From: Ignavibacteriota bacterium
Lineage (GTDB): Bacteria > Bacteroidota > Ignavibacteria > UBA10030
Assembly (NCBI GenBank): GCA_963727825.1
Contig: CAVSHO010000009.1
Coordinates: 224,001 to 288,000, forward strand
Reading direction: 5' to 3'
DNA: 64,000 bases
In this document: positions 41,150 to 51,687 of the stretch, piece after piece
Position numbering within the stretch: the first letter of the stretch is position 1
Layout of the letters: the number at the start of each line of letters is the position of its first letter
Program-made: the position numbers and the translations under genes
Notes under the pieces: generated by a model
What the model was told of the DNA's origin: nothing
Seen by the model: the letters and a program-made list of their open reading frames with translations, nothing else
The model's database searches: none

Positions 41150-42019
41150 ATGAATATCCCTAAGACGAAATCAACAATCATCGGTACAATTCACATCGGC
41201 GGTAATCATCCATTAGTGCTGATTGCGGGACCTTGCGTAGTCGAAAACCGCGAGATGATTTTTCAAACGGTAAAGATTATTCAATCCATTACACAACGAC
41301 ATCAGATGCCGTTCATTTTCAAGTCGTCTTATAGAAAAGCAAACCGCATGAGCGGCAATTCCTTTGCATCAATTGGCGACGAGAAAGCTTTAAAAATTCT
41401 TGCAGAAGTAAAACGCGAATTCGATGTGCCAATTCTTACCGACATTCATACCCCCGCCGAAGCAGCTATAGCGGCAGAGATTGCAGATGTATTGCAGATT
41501 CCAGCATTTCTGTGCCGACAAACTGAATTACTTGAAGCCGCTGGAAGAACCGATAAAGTCGTGAATATCAAGAAGGGACAATTCGTTGCACCGGAGGATA
41601 TGCATCTTGCCGCGGAAAAAGTTGCTGCCACAGGCAATGATAAAATTCTGCTTACTGAACGCGGAACAACTTTTGGCTACCATAATCTTGTTGTGGATAT
41701 GCGATCCTTGCCGATAATGCGAAAGTCAGGATATCCAGTGGTGTTGGATGCCACGCACTCTTTGCAGTTACCTGGAGGTGTAAAGAATCAGAGCGGTGGT
41801 CAACCCGAATTTATTTTCCCTATCGCGCGTGCCGGTGCTGCTGCTGGCTGTGATGCACTTTTTATAGAGACACATCCGAATCCTGCGGAAGCGCTTAGCG
41901 ACGCTGCCAGCCAGTTAAAATTAGATTTGCTTGAAGAATTGGTGAAGCAAGTGAAAGCGATTGATGATTTGGTGAAGAGGATTTTAAATGAGATATTCAA
42001 TAAAACAGTCTTCTTTTGA
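41150..42019 (+). CDS. kdsA: KDO-8-phosphate synthase
   Basis: IAGPCVVE, KSSYRKANR, QIPAFLCRQT, KKGQF, ERGTTFGY, DATHS. Confidence 0.97.
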   Translation: MNIPKTKSTIIGTIHIGGNHPLVLIAGPCVVENREMIFQTVKIIQSITQRHQMPFIFKSSYRKANRMSGNSFASIGDEKALKILAEVKREFDVPILTDIHTPAEAAIAAEIADVLQIPAFLCRQTELLEAAGRTDKVVNIKKGQFVAPEDMHLAAEKVAATGNDKILLTERGTTFGYHNLVVDMRSLPIMRKSGYPVVLDATHSLQLPGGVKNQSGGQPEFIFPIARAGAAAGCDALFIETHPNPAEALSDAASQLKLDLLEELVKQVKAIDDLVKRILNEIFNKTVFF

Positions 42020-42048
42020 ATTGATTTGCTGCTGTGATAAATAGAAAC

Positions 42049-42546
42049 ATGGCAAAGAAAACGAAACTAACAAATCTAAAGCATATCAGACTCCTTCTTC
42101 TTGACGTTGACGGTGTGATGACAGATGGAGGATTATATTTTTCCAATTCCGGAGATGAGTTTAAGAGATTCAACTCCACGGATGGATACGGCATAACTAA
42201 ACTTCAGCAAGCAGGTATAAAAGTCGGTATAATCACCGGGCGATCATCAAAGATCGTTAAAAGACGAGCAAAAGAATTAAAAATCACAGAAGTATATCAG
42301 AATTTTCAAAATAAAACAGACGCATACGAATCCATTAAAAAGAAATTAGAGCTTACTGACACAAACATAGCGTATATCGGTGATGATGAGTTTGATCTTG
42401 CGGTGCTGGAGTGTGTCGGATTTTCTGCTGCACCTGCGGATGCAATGCCGGTCGTGAAAAAACAAGTGCATTATGTTTGCACACACGGCGGCGGTAATGG
42501 CGCTGTGCGTGAAGTCATCGATTTGATTTTAAAGAATCAGAGGTAA
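42049..42546 (+). CDS. kdsC: KDO-8-phosphate phosphatase
   Basis: LDVDGVMTDG, ITGR, YIGDD..D, GGNGAVRE. Located in the kds operon. Confidence 0.92.
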   Translation: MAKKTKLTNLKHIRLLLLDVDGVMTDGGLYFSNSGDEFKRFNSTDGYGITKLQQAGIKVGIITGRSSKIVKRRAKELKITEVYQNFQNKTDAYESIKKKLELTDTNIAYIGDDEFDLAVLECVGFSAAPADAMPVVKKQVHYVCTHGGGNGAVREVIDLILKNQR

Positions 42547-42558
42547 CGAGAGAAACCT

Positions 42559-43545
42559 ATGAATGCAAATGCCGCCATTGAAAAGGGAAAAGAAATTATT
42601 CGGATAGAAGCGGAAGCAGTCGCAGCGCTTGAATCGCGCATTAACGAGAATTTCGCGGTTGCAGTTGACATTATCTTCAACGCTAAAGGACGCGTAGTGA
42701 TTACCGGTATCGGAAAATCCGGCATCATCGCTAGAAAAATTGCTGCAACATTAAGCTCAACCGGTACACCCTCTGCCTTTATGCATCCATCCGATGCAAT
42801 GCATGGAGATTTAGGAATGGTCACACCGGACGATGTAGTAATTTTCATCTCTAAAAGTGGCGATATAGTAGACCTGTGGCAGCTTCTGCTGAGCTTTCAT
42901 CAACTTGGCGTGAAAATTATTGCGATCACTGGCAACATTAATTCGGCACTCAGTAAGCAATGCGACATTGTTCTCGATGCGAGTGTTAAAGAGGAAGCGT
43001 GTCCGTACGATCTTGCACCGACATCCTCTACCACCGCAGCATTAGTTATAGGCGATGCACTTGCGATCACGCTTCTGCAAAAGCGCAATTTCACGCAAGA
43101 AGATTTTGCGATGTTTCATCCAGGTGGCAATCTTGGCAAACGGCTGCTTTTAAAAGTCGAAATGATGATGATCACCGGTGCAAATGTGCCGGTTGTGAAA
43201 GAAAGCGTTTCACTTTCCGATGCTATTATTGAAATCAGTTCAAAAAGACTTGGCGCCACGTGTGTCGTCGACAATTCAGGCGTTCTATGCGGCATCCTTA
43301 CTGATGGCGACCTTCGCCGTCTGCTTCAAAGAACCACGAACATCACAGATCTCATCGTTCGCCAAGTAATGACTAAGAATCCTAAAACAATCCGCCAGAA
43401 TATCCTTGCTGTTCAGGCGCTTAAAGTGATGGAAACATTCAAGATCACGCAGTTAATCGTTGTGGACGACAACCAACATCCTATCGGCGTATTGCATCTT
43501 CACGATTTAGTTGAAGCAGGATTAGGCGGAGAGTCCGGCACATGA
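42559..43545 (+). CDS. kdsD: Arabinose-5-phosphate isomerase (KpsF/GutQ; SIS plus two CBS domains)
   Basis: GIGKSG, HGDLG, EACPYDLAPTSST, FHPGG, TDGDLRR. Confidence 0.95.
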   Translation: MNANAAIEKGKEIIRIEAEAVAALESRINENFAVAVDIIFNAKGRVVITGIGKSGIIARKIAATLSSTGTPSAFMHPSDAMHGDLGMVTPDDVVIFISKSGDIVDLWQLLLSFHQLGVKIIAITGNINSALSKQCDIVLDASVKEEACPYDLAPTSSTTAALVIGDALAITLLQKRNFTQEDFAMFHPGGNLGKRLLLKVEMMMITGANVPVVKESVSLSDAIIEISSKRLGATCVVDNSGVLCGILTDGDLRRLLQRTTNITDLIVRQVMTKNPKTIRQNILAVQALKVMETFKITQLIVVDDNQHPIGVLHLHDLVEAGLGGESGT

Positions 43546-44070
43546 AATCGTTCTGCATCTGGATGTTCTGTGCAGTTGCACTTTCGTTTATGGGTTGTGA
43601 AGAAAAAATTTCGCCTTCCGTTATCTCGACAGTTGAATTACCGCAACAAGAAAGCTGGAACAGCACTATTGTTGTGTCAGATTCGGGCCGCATCAGCGCA
43701 ATCATCGTTGCGGGATACATTCGCGTATCTGAGTTGAGCCGACAAACAGAAATGAGCCAAGGTGTTAAAGTGCACTTCTTCGACCGCGAAGGTAAACAAA
43801 CCTCTATACTCACGAGTGAAGAAGGAAGCGTGAACGAAGCGAACAACAATTTAGAGGCGCGAAAAAATGTCATTGTCGTTTCCAGCGATTCATCACGAAT
43901 GATGACCGAACAATTATTTTGGGATAATCAACGCCAGCTCATCTATACACCGGAATATGTGCGAATCACAACCGTAAAAGAAAAAATGCAGGGACACGGA
44001 TTTGAATCGGATCAAAGTTTGAAACATTACCGCGATTTTCCGTGTCACCGGACAGACAACGGTCGAATAA
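43542..44070 (+). CDS. lptC: LPS export protein LptC (an extra base near 44034 fuses it artefactually to the next gene)
   Basis: Lipobox-like FMG-C, TEQLFWD, GHGFESDQ. Removing one G gives ..HYRIFRVTGQTTVE* with TAA overlapping the next ATG. Confidence 0.85.
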
Positions 44071-45350
44071 TGCGTATGCGTATTCATGGTTTATATTCTG
44101 CCATTATGATTATTTGCTTGACAATTCCAGTTTTGTGTCAGCAAAGTAAAATCATCGAGATCCGTAGAGCTGATAGCCTTAACGTCAAACCAATTAACAA
44201 TGAAGAAGTAAGAGAACTAACCGGAAACGTATATTTTGTCCAGATTGCAGCAGAGGGTGGTTTGGTGAAAGTATGGTGCGATAGAGCGCTTCAATTTATG
44301 AAACAGAATAAAATTGAAGTGTACGGAAATGTGAAAGTAGTCCAAGACAGCGTCACTATCCGTTCTAAAGAAGGCGTGTATTATGCCGAACGCAGGATGA
44401 TGGAAGGAAAAAACGGAGTGCAGCTGGAACGCGGAAAAACTCATCTTACGGCACTCCAGGGAGAATACTTTGTGGATGAAAAACGATCGCACTTTATCGA
44501 CGATGTTGTCCTTGTGGATACTTCCACAACGATCACTTGCAATGAAATGCATTACTTTGAGGCAGAGACTCGATCTATCGCTATCGGTAATGTACATGTA
44601 TTCGAGAATGCTAATAGCGTAAATATCTATGGCGATTCGCTTATTCACATTGAGCAGAAAAAATTTACTCTCGTGTTAAAGCAGCCACGCCTAGTGAAGA
44701 TAGACACATCCGCCAGTGGTATCATCGATACAATGGTGGTAATAAGCCGCGAGATGCAATCCATTCAAGACACTGCAGAACACTTTGTGGCAATCGACAG
44801 TGTGCGTATGGTGAAAGGCGATATGTCTGCAAGATGCGGCAAAGCAATATACTTCGTGAAAAACGACCTTATCGCACTGCAAACACATCCCATAATTTGG
44901 AGCGGCGAGAATCAAATCACTGGCGATTCCATTCGTATCCGAATGGAAGACAAGCGAATCAGAAGTATGTGGGTCAAAAACCGGGCGATGGCAATTTCAC
45001 GTGTGGACACAGCTCTACCCAACCGTTTCAACCAATTAACGGGCAGGGAGTTGACAATGTACTTCCATGCAAATAAATTGGAACAGGTGGATGTACAAAA
45101 GAACGCAACGAGTCTCTATTATTTATTTGACAATAAAGAACCTAATGGCGCCAATAAATCCAGCGGTGATCGCATCTTCATCGATTTCGTCGCAGACGAA
45201 GTGGATCGTATAAAAATTGTAGGCGGCGTGCAAGGACAATATCTTCCCGAGAAACTGATTAATAAACACGAACAGGATTACAATCTTGACGGTTATCGGT
45301 GGTACGAGAATCGGCCAATTCGACAAGGCGTACACATTATTAACGAGTAG
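44070..45350 (+). CDS. OstA-like (LptA/LptD N-terminal beta-jellyroll) protein
   Basis: Own signal peptide (MRMRIHGLYSAIMIICLTIPVLC), repeated GNV-type strands, ENQITGDSI, FNQLTGR. Lies between lptC and lptB. Confidence 0.8.
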   Translation: MRMRIHGLYSAIMIICLTIPVLCQQSKIIEIRRADSLNVKPINNEEVRELTGNVYFVQIAAEGGLVKVWCDRALQFMKQNKIEVYGNVKVVQDSVTIRSKEGVYYAERRMMEGKNGVQLERGKTHLTALQGEYFVDEKRSHFIDDVVLVDTSTTITCNEMHYFEAETRSIAIGNVHVFENANSVNIYGDSLIHIEQKKFTLVLKQPRLVKIDTSASGIIDTMVVISREMQSIQDTAEHFVAIDSVRMVKGDMSARCGKAIYFVKNDLIALQTHPIIWSGENQITGDSIRIRMEDKRIRSMWVKNRAMAISRVDTALPNRFNQLTGRELTMYFHANKLEQVDVQKNATSLYYLFDNKEPNGANKSSGDRIFIDFVADEVDRIKIVGGVQGQYLPEKLINKHEQDYNLDGYRWYENRPIRQGVHIINE

Positions 45351-45351
45351 C

Positions 45352-46282
45352 ATGGCAAAACAAATCAATAAAAATATTCCACGAACAAAGCGGCCTATCG
45401 CATCAACAAATAAAATCATCATGCGGCATAAATCACAGATAACAAAGCCCCATAAAACAAAACCAGGTGTAAAACAAACGCGTCAAGTTTCGATCATTAC
45501 AGTTCCACGGCCAGCAATGCCCATCGTGACTGAACCAACAATTCCTCAAATCATTCTTCGCTCAGATGGATTAGTGAAGCGTTACAAAAAACGCGCGGTG
45601 GTGGATGAAGTCAGCATACAAGTGAAGCAGGGAGAAATTGTTGGCTTGCTTGGAGCCAAATGGCGCTGGCAAGACGACAACATTCTATATGATTGTTGGA
45701 ATGATTCGGCCAAACGCCGGTAGAGTATTTATGGATGAAGTCGAGATTACAAAGTTGCCGATGTATAAGCGAGCCAGGAACGGCATCAGTTATTTACCGC
45801 AGGAGCCATCTGTGTTTCGACGATTATCGGTGCGGGATAATCTTATGGCAATTCTGCAAACCACATCGCTCACTCGCGAAGCGCAGGAAGAGAAGTGCAC
45901 CCGGTTAATGGAAGAATTCGGACTTACGCATCTCGCGAAAAGCAAAGGTTATATACTTTCTGGCGGTGAGCGCCGCAGGACGGAGATTGCTCGCTCACTG
46001 GCACTTGATCCAAAATTTATTTTATTAGATGAACCATTTGCCGGCATCGATCCTATTGCTGTGGAAGATATTATGCAGATTGTCATCAAACTGAAAAGCA
46101 GAAATATCGGTGTACTCATTACAGATCACAATGTGCATGAAACACTTTCTATAACGGATCGTTCATATTTACTGTTTGAAGGAAAGATTTTAAAATCCGG
46201 CACCGCGGAATTTCTTGCTAACGATCCTGAAGCAAGGAAACTGTATCTTGGAGAGAAATTTAAATTAGATAGATACGAATAG
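45352..46282 (+). CDS. lptB: LPS export ABC ATPase, +1 frameshift near 45655
   Basis: EIVGLLG|[56 protein letters not shown]. Start is 45352 or further downstream. Confidence 0.93.
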
Positions 46283-46345
46283 CAACGACAAATAGCTAAT
46301 TACAAATTGACTATTCAATATATCCCAACTCTAATCAATAAAGCC

Positions 46346-47362
46346 ATGATTGTTGTTTTAGAAACAGGCACCGCCGAAAAGCAAATTGAAGAAATCATCC
46401 GCGTTTTGCATGATCACGGATTTGATGTACATCGCTCAACCGGTGTGCAACATACGGTCTTGGGTGCTATCGGTGTTCATCCGGAATTCGACCACCGGCA
46501 AATTGAACTGCTGGATGGTGTTGCAGAGGTTGTGCGTGTTACCGATCCGTTCAAACTAGCCAGTCGTGCATTCAAACGTGAAGGATCCGTGTTTGATGTT
46601 AGTGGAGTGAAAATCGGCGGACCTGAAGTTATTGTTATAGCAGGACCATGCTCGGTTGAAACCGAGGAACAAGTTTTTAAGATCGCAAAACATGTTAAGG
46701 ATTCCGGCGCGAAAATATTACGCGGTGGTGCATTTAAACCGCGCACATCGCCTTATTCCTTCCAGGGGCTTGGTGAAGAGGGTTTAAAATTCCTACGTTC
46801 AGCAGCAGACGAGTATAAACTGAAAGTCATCACGGAAGTGATGGACAAAAGCCAGATTGACCTCGTGGAAAAGTATGCGGACATTTTACAGATCGGCGCG
46901 CGAAACATGCAAAATTACATGTTTCTGAAAGATCTCGGCAAAGCGTCGAAGCCAGTAATGCTCAAGCGCGGTATTGCCGCAACTATTGAAGAATGGCTGA
47001 TGTCTGCAGAATATATTCTTGCAGGCGGCAATGAGAAAGTTATTTTATGCGAACGCGGCATCCGAACATTTGAGACTGCTACACGCAACACTATGGATAT
47101 AAGCGCTATTCCGGTCATAAAGAAAAAGAGCCACTTGCCAATCTTTGCCGATCCGTCGCATGGTGTCGGCATTCGCGATAAGGTGATTCCGATGGCACGC
47201 GCCTCTGTTGCTGCCGGTGCAGATGGCATAATGGTAGAAGTGCATCACGATCCTGACCGTGCATTATCGGATGGCGCGCAGTCACTCTATCCGAATCAGT
47301 TCGAACAGTTAATGAAAGAAGTCCGTATGATTGCTCAGGCCATAAACCGCAATATTGCATGA
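46346..47362 (+). CDS. aroF: DAHP synthase (type I-beta, N-terminal regulatory domain)
   Basis: [46 protein letters not shown]. Confidence 0.95.
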   Translation: MIVVLETGTAEKQIEEIIRVLHDHGFDVHRSTGVQHTVLGAIGVHPEFDHRQIELLDGVAEVVRVTDPFKLASRAFKREGSVFDVSGVKIGGPEVIVIAGPCSVETEEQVFKIAKHVKDSGAKILRGGAFKPRTSPYSFQGLGEEGLKFLRSAADEYKLKVITEVMDKSQIDLVEKYADILQIGARNMQNYMFLKDLGKASKPVMLKRGIAATIEEWLMSAEYILAGGNEKVILCERGIRTFETATRNTMDISAIPVIKKKSHLPIFADPSHGVGIRDKVIPMARASVAAGADGIMVEVHHDPDRALSDGAQSLYPNQFEQLMKEVRMIAQAINRNIA

Positions 47363-48480
47363 GAGCTCCTATGGCAGAACAAAAGTTGCTTCCATTTAAG
47401 CGCATCACCATTATCGGCGTTGGACTCATCGGCGGATCATTAGCGCTTGCAATAAAGCATCGTTTTCCTTCCGCGAAAATTGTCGGTGTAGATAGACCAC
47501 AAATTCTCAAACGTGCATTGGAACGGAATATAATCGACATCGCTGAACGTTCAGTGGAACGAGCGGTACGTTCTGCCGATCTTATTATTATAGCCGTTCC
47601 AGTTTTTGCAATTGTGAAACTTCTTCCTATCGTTGCCAAAAATATATCACCTCACGCCATCGTTACCGATACAGGAAGTGTAAAACGAGCAATAGTTAAA
47701 CAAGCCCAAAAACTTTTTCCCGATGGCAACTTTATTGGCGGACACCCAATGGCGGGTTCAGAATTCTCCGGTATCGATGCGGCACACTCTTTATTGTTTC
47801 AGAACGCAATTTATATCCTAACCCCAATACATACAACGAATAAAAAATCGCTTCGAGTTGTTGCAAATTTTTTCACTTCGCTCGACGCGCGTATCTTCAA
47901 GATTGATCCTGCGACACACGACAGTGTTGTCGCCGCCGTTAGTCATCTTCCGCAACTTGCCGCAGTTGCATTAATGAACGCTGTCGGCAAACGACACCCG
48001 AACTCGCCTAATCATCTCTCACTTGCTGCCGGCGGTTTCCGCGATATGACGCGTATCGCATCAAGTCGATTTCTGATGTGGAAAGATATTCTCTCCGCCA
48101 ACCAGAAAGAAATCGGTAAAGCACTTCGGCTTTTCATCAATCAATTAGAAAAGATGGCATCAGTTGTGGATTCCAATACTTCACTCCTTTCTACGGAGTT
48201 TAAGACATCACGCAATCTGCGGCTACACATTCCTCAATCGATGAAAGGATTTATGTCACCGCTTGTTGACTTGTCTATCTTCGTAGAAGACAAACCCGGC
48301 GAGCTCGCGCGTTTAACTTCTTCTCTGGCGAAAGAGAGAATAAATATTAAAGATATGGAGCTGCTCAAAGTGCGGGAAGGACGCGGCGGTACATTCCGTC
48401 TCTCGTTCGAGAATCACAGTGTCTCTAAAGAAGCTGCGTGCATACTTCGGCGTGCTGGTTTTGATGTAAGCGGAAAGTGA
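47359..48480 (+). CDS. tyrA: Prephenate dehydrogenase with C-terminal ACT domain
   Basis: [50 protein letters not shown]. Confidence 0.93.
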   Translation: MRAPMAEQKLLPFKRITIIGVGLIGGSLALAIKHRFPSAKIVGVDRPQILKRALERNIIDIAERSVERAVRSADLIIIAVPVFAIVKLLPIVAKNISPHAIVTDTGSVKRAIVKQAQKLFPDGNFIGGHPMAGSEFSGIDAAHSLLFQNAIYILTPIHTTNKKSLRVVANFFTSLDARIFKIDPATHDSVVAAVSHLPQLAAVALMNAVGKRHPNSPNHLSLAAGGFRDMTRIASSRFLMWKDILSANQKEIGKALRLFINQLEKMASVVDSNTSLLSTEFKTSRNLRLHIPQSMKGFMSPLVDLSIFVEDKPGELARLTSSLAKERINIKDMELLKVREGRGGTFRLSFENHSVSKEAACILRRAGFDVSGK

Positions 48481-48582
48481 CAAAACACAGAAAATAATTT
48501 CCTGAAAAATGTACTTGTGCTCTACTATGTCCTGCCATTTATCTGACTAAAGAGTTGTCAAAATATTTTCGAACAATAAGAC

Positions 48583-48837
48583 TTATCTACGTTTGATTTT
48601 CATTATGAGAATATAGAATGCAAGGACAAATGTTACGCTATTGGCCAGTAATACCGGAAAAGATTTTATCATGGCACCATAAATAATCCAGAAAATGGTA
48701 CCACCGCAGAAAAGCAGAAACATTCCCAAAGACAGATCTTCAGTCTTTTTTGTTTTGAAAACTTTGTATGCTTGAGGAATAAAAGAACTCGTAGTGCCGA
48801 TTGCTGCGAGAATACCCACCACCTCCACAAAAAACAT
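48583..48837 (-). CDS. SemiSWEET sugar transporter
   Basis: Three hydrophobic helices, TTSSFIPQ (PQ loop), KTEDLS, W..YG, P..LAN. Confidence 0.9.
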   Translation of the reverse strand: MFFVEVVGILAAIGTTSSFIPQAYKVFKTKKTEDLSLGMFLLFCGGTIFWIIYGAMIKSFPVLLANSVTFVLAFYILIMKIKRR

Positions 48838-48942
48838 TTCGCTTTCTCCGATCAAAAAATCGTTACCTCAGTTAAAATGCAAATGAGAATTATCTATATT
48901 CAATATCTATTGAGATATTCAGGTTCTTATTCGAAGCCTATA

Positions 48943-49290
48943 TTATTTTTTATCTGCCCCTGAAGGTGAATCTGGAGAGGGCTTTGAATCGGGTTTAGAT
49001 TTAGACTCCGGTTTTGATTTTGAGTCAAGTCCAGACTCGGGCTTGGATTCAGATTTAGAGATAGGTTTCGACTTCGATTTCCTGCTGGAACTTGTGGATG
49101 TATTAGATTTCTGATAGTCGGTTGCATAAAACCCGCTTCCCTTAAATATCAGTCCAACGCCGCTCGACATTAATCGTTTGAGTGTAGGTTTGGCGCATTT
49201 CGGACACATTATCAGCGGATCAGATGACATCGTTTGAAATTCTTCAAATTCGTGACCACAGGATTTACAGCGATATTCGTATGTTGGCAT
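48943..49290 (-). CDS. FmdB-family zinc-ribbon protein with SKPES-like repeat tail
   Basis: MPTYEYRCKSCGHEFE, CPKC, FKGSGFYATDY. Confidence 0.92.
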   Translation of the reverse strand: MPTYEYRCKSCGHEFEEFQTMSSDPLIMCPKCAKPTLKRLMSSGVGLIFKGSGFYATDYQKSNTSTSSSRKSKSKPISKSESKPESGLDSKSKPESKSKPDSKPSPDSPSGADKK

Positions 49291-49384
49291 TCTTACCTTT
49301 TACTCTATACTTTTAACATGATTAAATATACCTCCGATTTACCAAGATTTCAATTAGTTTTTCCAAAAGAGATAAAGGTGAAAT

Positions 49385-49412
49385 GGAACTAAACGCAATC
49401 CGTCATCGTTTA
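49385..49412 (+). promoter_or_regulatory. Putative ECF-sigma promoter of ferritin
   Basis: GGAACT-N16-CGTTTA, about 30 nt before the ATG. Confidence 0.45.
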
Positions 49413-49443
49413 TAATATCACAACCCATTAAAAAGGAGACTAT

Positions 49444-49938
49444 ATGATCAGCAAAACTTTACAAGACACAATTAATGAACAAATCAACTTTGAACTTTTT
49501 TCTGCATATCTGTATCTTTCAATGTCGGCACATTTCGAAACGCAGAATCTCACCGGTTTCGCGAACTGGACACGCGTGCAATATCAAGAAGAAACGGGAC
49601 ATGCAATGAAGCTTTATAAATATGTGTTCGATCGCAGCGGTGCAGTAACATTGAAAGCTATTGCACAGCCGGCAACCAAATTTAAAACTCCGGTTGATAT
49701 CTTTAAAGAAATTCTTAAGCACGAACAAAAAGTCACTTCACTCATCAACAAGCTGTACGAATTAGCAGTGAAGGAAAAAGATTATGCCGCGCAGATTTTT
49801 CTGCAATGGTTCATCAACGAGCAGGTGGAAGAGGAAAAGAACGCAACCGACATCATTAACATGTTGGAGATGATTGGCGACTCGCCCGTAAGTTTGATTA
49901 TGGCTGATCGCCAACTTGGTGCACGCAAGGCAGGATAA
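49444..49938 (+). CDS. ftnA: Non-heme ferritin
   Basis: INEQINFELFSAYLYLSMS, EE..HAMK, HEQKVT, FLQWFINEQVEEE. AAGGAG RBS. Confidence 0.93.
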   Translation: MISKTLQDTINEQINFELFSAYLYLSMSAHFETQNLTGFANWTRVQYQEETGHAMKLYKYVFDRSGAVTLKAIAQPATKFKTPVDIFKEILKHEQKVTSLINKLYELAVKEKDYAAQIFLQWFINEQVEEEKNATDIINMLEMIGDSPVSLIMADRQLGARKAG

Positions 49939-49970
49939 TTCTCGTCTAATACTTAATATGCGTAAAATAT

Positions 49971-50015
49971 AAAGCCGCTTCACCGACTTGATGAAGCGGC
50001 TTTATTGTTTGCTTT
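49971..50015. terminator. Bidirectional terminator; copy 1 of a 45-bp direct repeat
   Basis: AAAGCCGCTTCA...TGAAGCGGCTTT stem, 39/45 identical to 53607-53651. Confidence 0.8.
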
Positions 50016-50031
50016 TGGCTGCAGAAAAATC

Positions 50032-51624
50032 CTATTCCATCAGCAGCATCTTCTTAACTTGCACAATTGGCCTGCCACCATCTTGCGGCTGCGCGGTAAA
50101 TCTGGCAAAGTAAATACCACTTGAGAGCTTTGAGCCATCAAAGGTTGTTGTGTGAACGCCAGCGTTTTGTAGTCCGACAACCAGAGTTCTTATATCTCTT
50201 CCTAAAATATCATATACCTTCAATGTCACGACGCTGGCCACTGATATTTGATAACTGATAACTGTTGTCGGATTAAATGGATTGGGATAATTTTGCATTA
50301 ACTTTGGCGTCATCGGAAGATCATTATGTTGTAGATCCACAACACCGGTAGTTGGAGAAAACGAGTAAATATATACTTTCCCTAATGGATTATTATAATC
50401 AGGATAATAAGGCGCTCCAACTGCGATTTCTGAATATCCATCACCATTAATATCTCCAAGTACTGAAACACAATATCCAAATTGATCCCATTTATGTTCT
50501 CCTACTAAAAGGACTTTCGCAACTGTATCTATCACAGATCCACCAAAATAAATACGAGCTCCGCCGACCATCACTCCTTGAGAATTAACATAATTTCCTT
50601 CTCCTATAATAAAATCACTATATCCATCATTATTGACATCACCCCCTGGCCCAATTTGAGCTCCACTAAATGGATTAAATGTTATCATACTATCTGGATG
50701 CAGGTAGAGTCCAACAGACGCAGCAGAAAGCATGAAATCATTATATCCATCGCCATTGACGTCTCCAACATTTGCAATTTGAAATCCTATTTTTGGATTT
50801 CCTTTAAAAATATATTTAGGAACTGTGTCAAATTGAACACCTCCACAATAAATTCGCAATTCGCTGGTATCTGCAGTATTTAGACGTGGCGCCGATATCG
50901 CAAAGTCTGCATATCCGTCTTTGTTAATATCTCCAATACCACACACGGTATAACCGAAAAAACTGTTTACAGTTCCATCTGTTAGCGTCGCAACAGGATT
51001 TGTACTTATGGTTTTCCCTCCCAAATAAATATAGCATCGCCCGATGCCATCAGATTCATAAGAACTACTAATTGCAAAGTCGGCATAGCCGTCTCCATTT
51101 ATATCTCCCAAAGCAGCTAAATTAACTCCGCATGGTTGAGGATAGATTTTATGGAACACTAACAACGAATCAAATGGCAAAGTTTTTCCACCAAAACACA
51201 CATATACTTTTATATCTTCATAAATACCATAATCGATCCAGGTTCCAACAACAACTAACAAATCATCATATCCGTCACCATTGACATCGCCTATGCCTAC
51301 AACTTGTGGCGTAGTAAATCTATAAGCCGCTGATGTATCGAATGGCTTCCCACCAAGATAAAGCTTAGTATATCCTCCACCAATAGAGCTAACGATAAAA
51401 TCTTTATATCCATCGCCATTAACATCACCAACACCTCCAACCATTGCAAATTGATCACCGACTTTTTCCCCGATCAGTGTATCAACAAGATGGATGCTGG
51501 TTTGTCCAAAACCAGTTGACGTTAATATTAAGATAGATGTGATACTGCAAATTATTCTTCCTGTTTTAGCCACAGATAGTCCTCTTGAATTACCTTTTTT
51601 ATAGAAATTCAACCCTACACTCAC
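50032..51624 (-). CDS. FG-GAP (integrin-alpha-like) repeat protein with T9SS C-terminal sorting domain
   Basis: About 7 GDVNGDGYxD repeats and LMQNYPNPFNPTTVISY..LKVYDILG..LSSGIYF. Confidence 0.92.
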   Translation of the reverse strand: MSVGLNFYKKGNSRGLSVAKTGRIICSITSILILTSTGFGQTSIHLVDTLIGEKVGDQFAMVGGVGDVNGDGYKDFIVSSIGGGYTKLYLGGKPFDTSAAYRFTTPQVVGIGDVNGDGYDDLLVVVGTWIDYGIYEDIKVYVCFGGKTLPFDSLLVFHKIYPQPCGVNLAALGDINGDGYADFAISSSYESDGIGRCYIYLGGKTISTNPVATLTDGTVNSFFGYTVCGIGDINKDGYADFAISAPRLNTADTSELRIYCGGVQFDTVPKYIFKGNPKIGFQIANVGDVNGDGYNDFMLSAASVGLYLHPDSMITFNPFSGAQIGPGGDVNNDGYSDFIIGEGNYVNSQGVMVGGARIYFGGSVIDTVAKVLLVGEHKWDQFGYCVSVLGDINGDGYSEIAVGAPYYPDYNNPLGKVYIYSFSPTTGVVDLQHNDLPMTPKLMQNYPNPFNPTTVISYQISVASVVTLKVYDILGRDIRTLVVGLQNAGVHTTTFDGSKLSSGIYFARFTAQPQDGGRPIVQVKKMLLME

Positions 51625-51687
51625 TCACAGAATTGTTTTCTTTATATCGGAATGGGTTATATTTTATTATTTCATTTTCACTTCTTT

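Noticed and set aside
43542-45350. Apparent novel 602-aa LptC-OstA fusion
   Set aside because: One extra base near 44034 bypasses a TAA that overlaps the next ATG (TAATG), and the second half has its own signal peptide. It is two genes joined by an indel.
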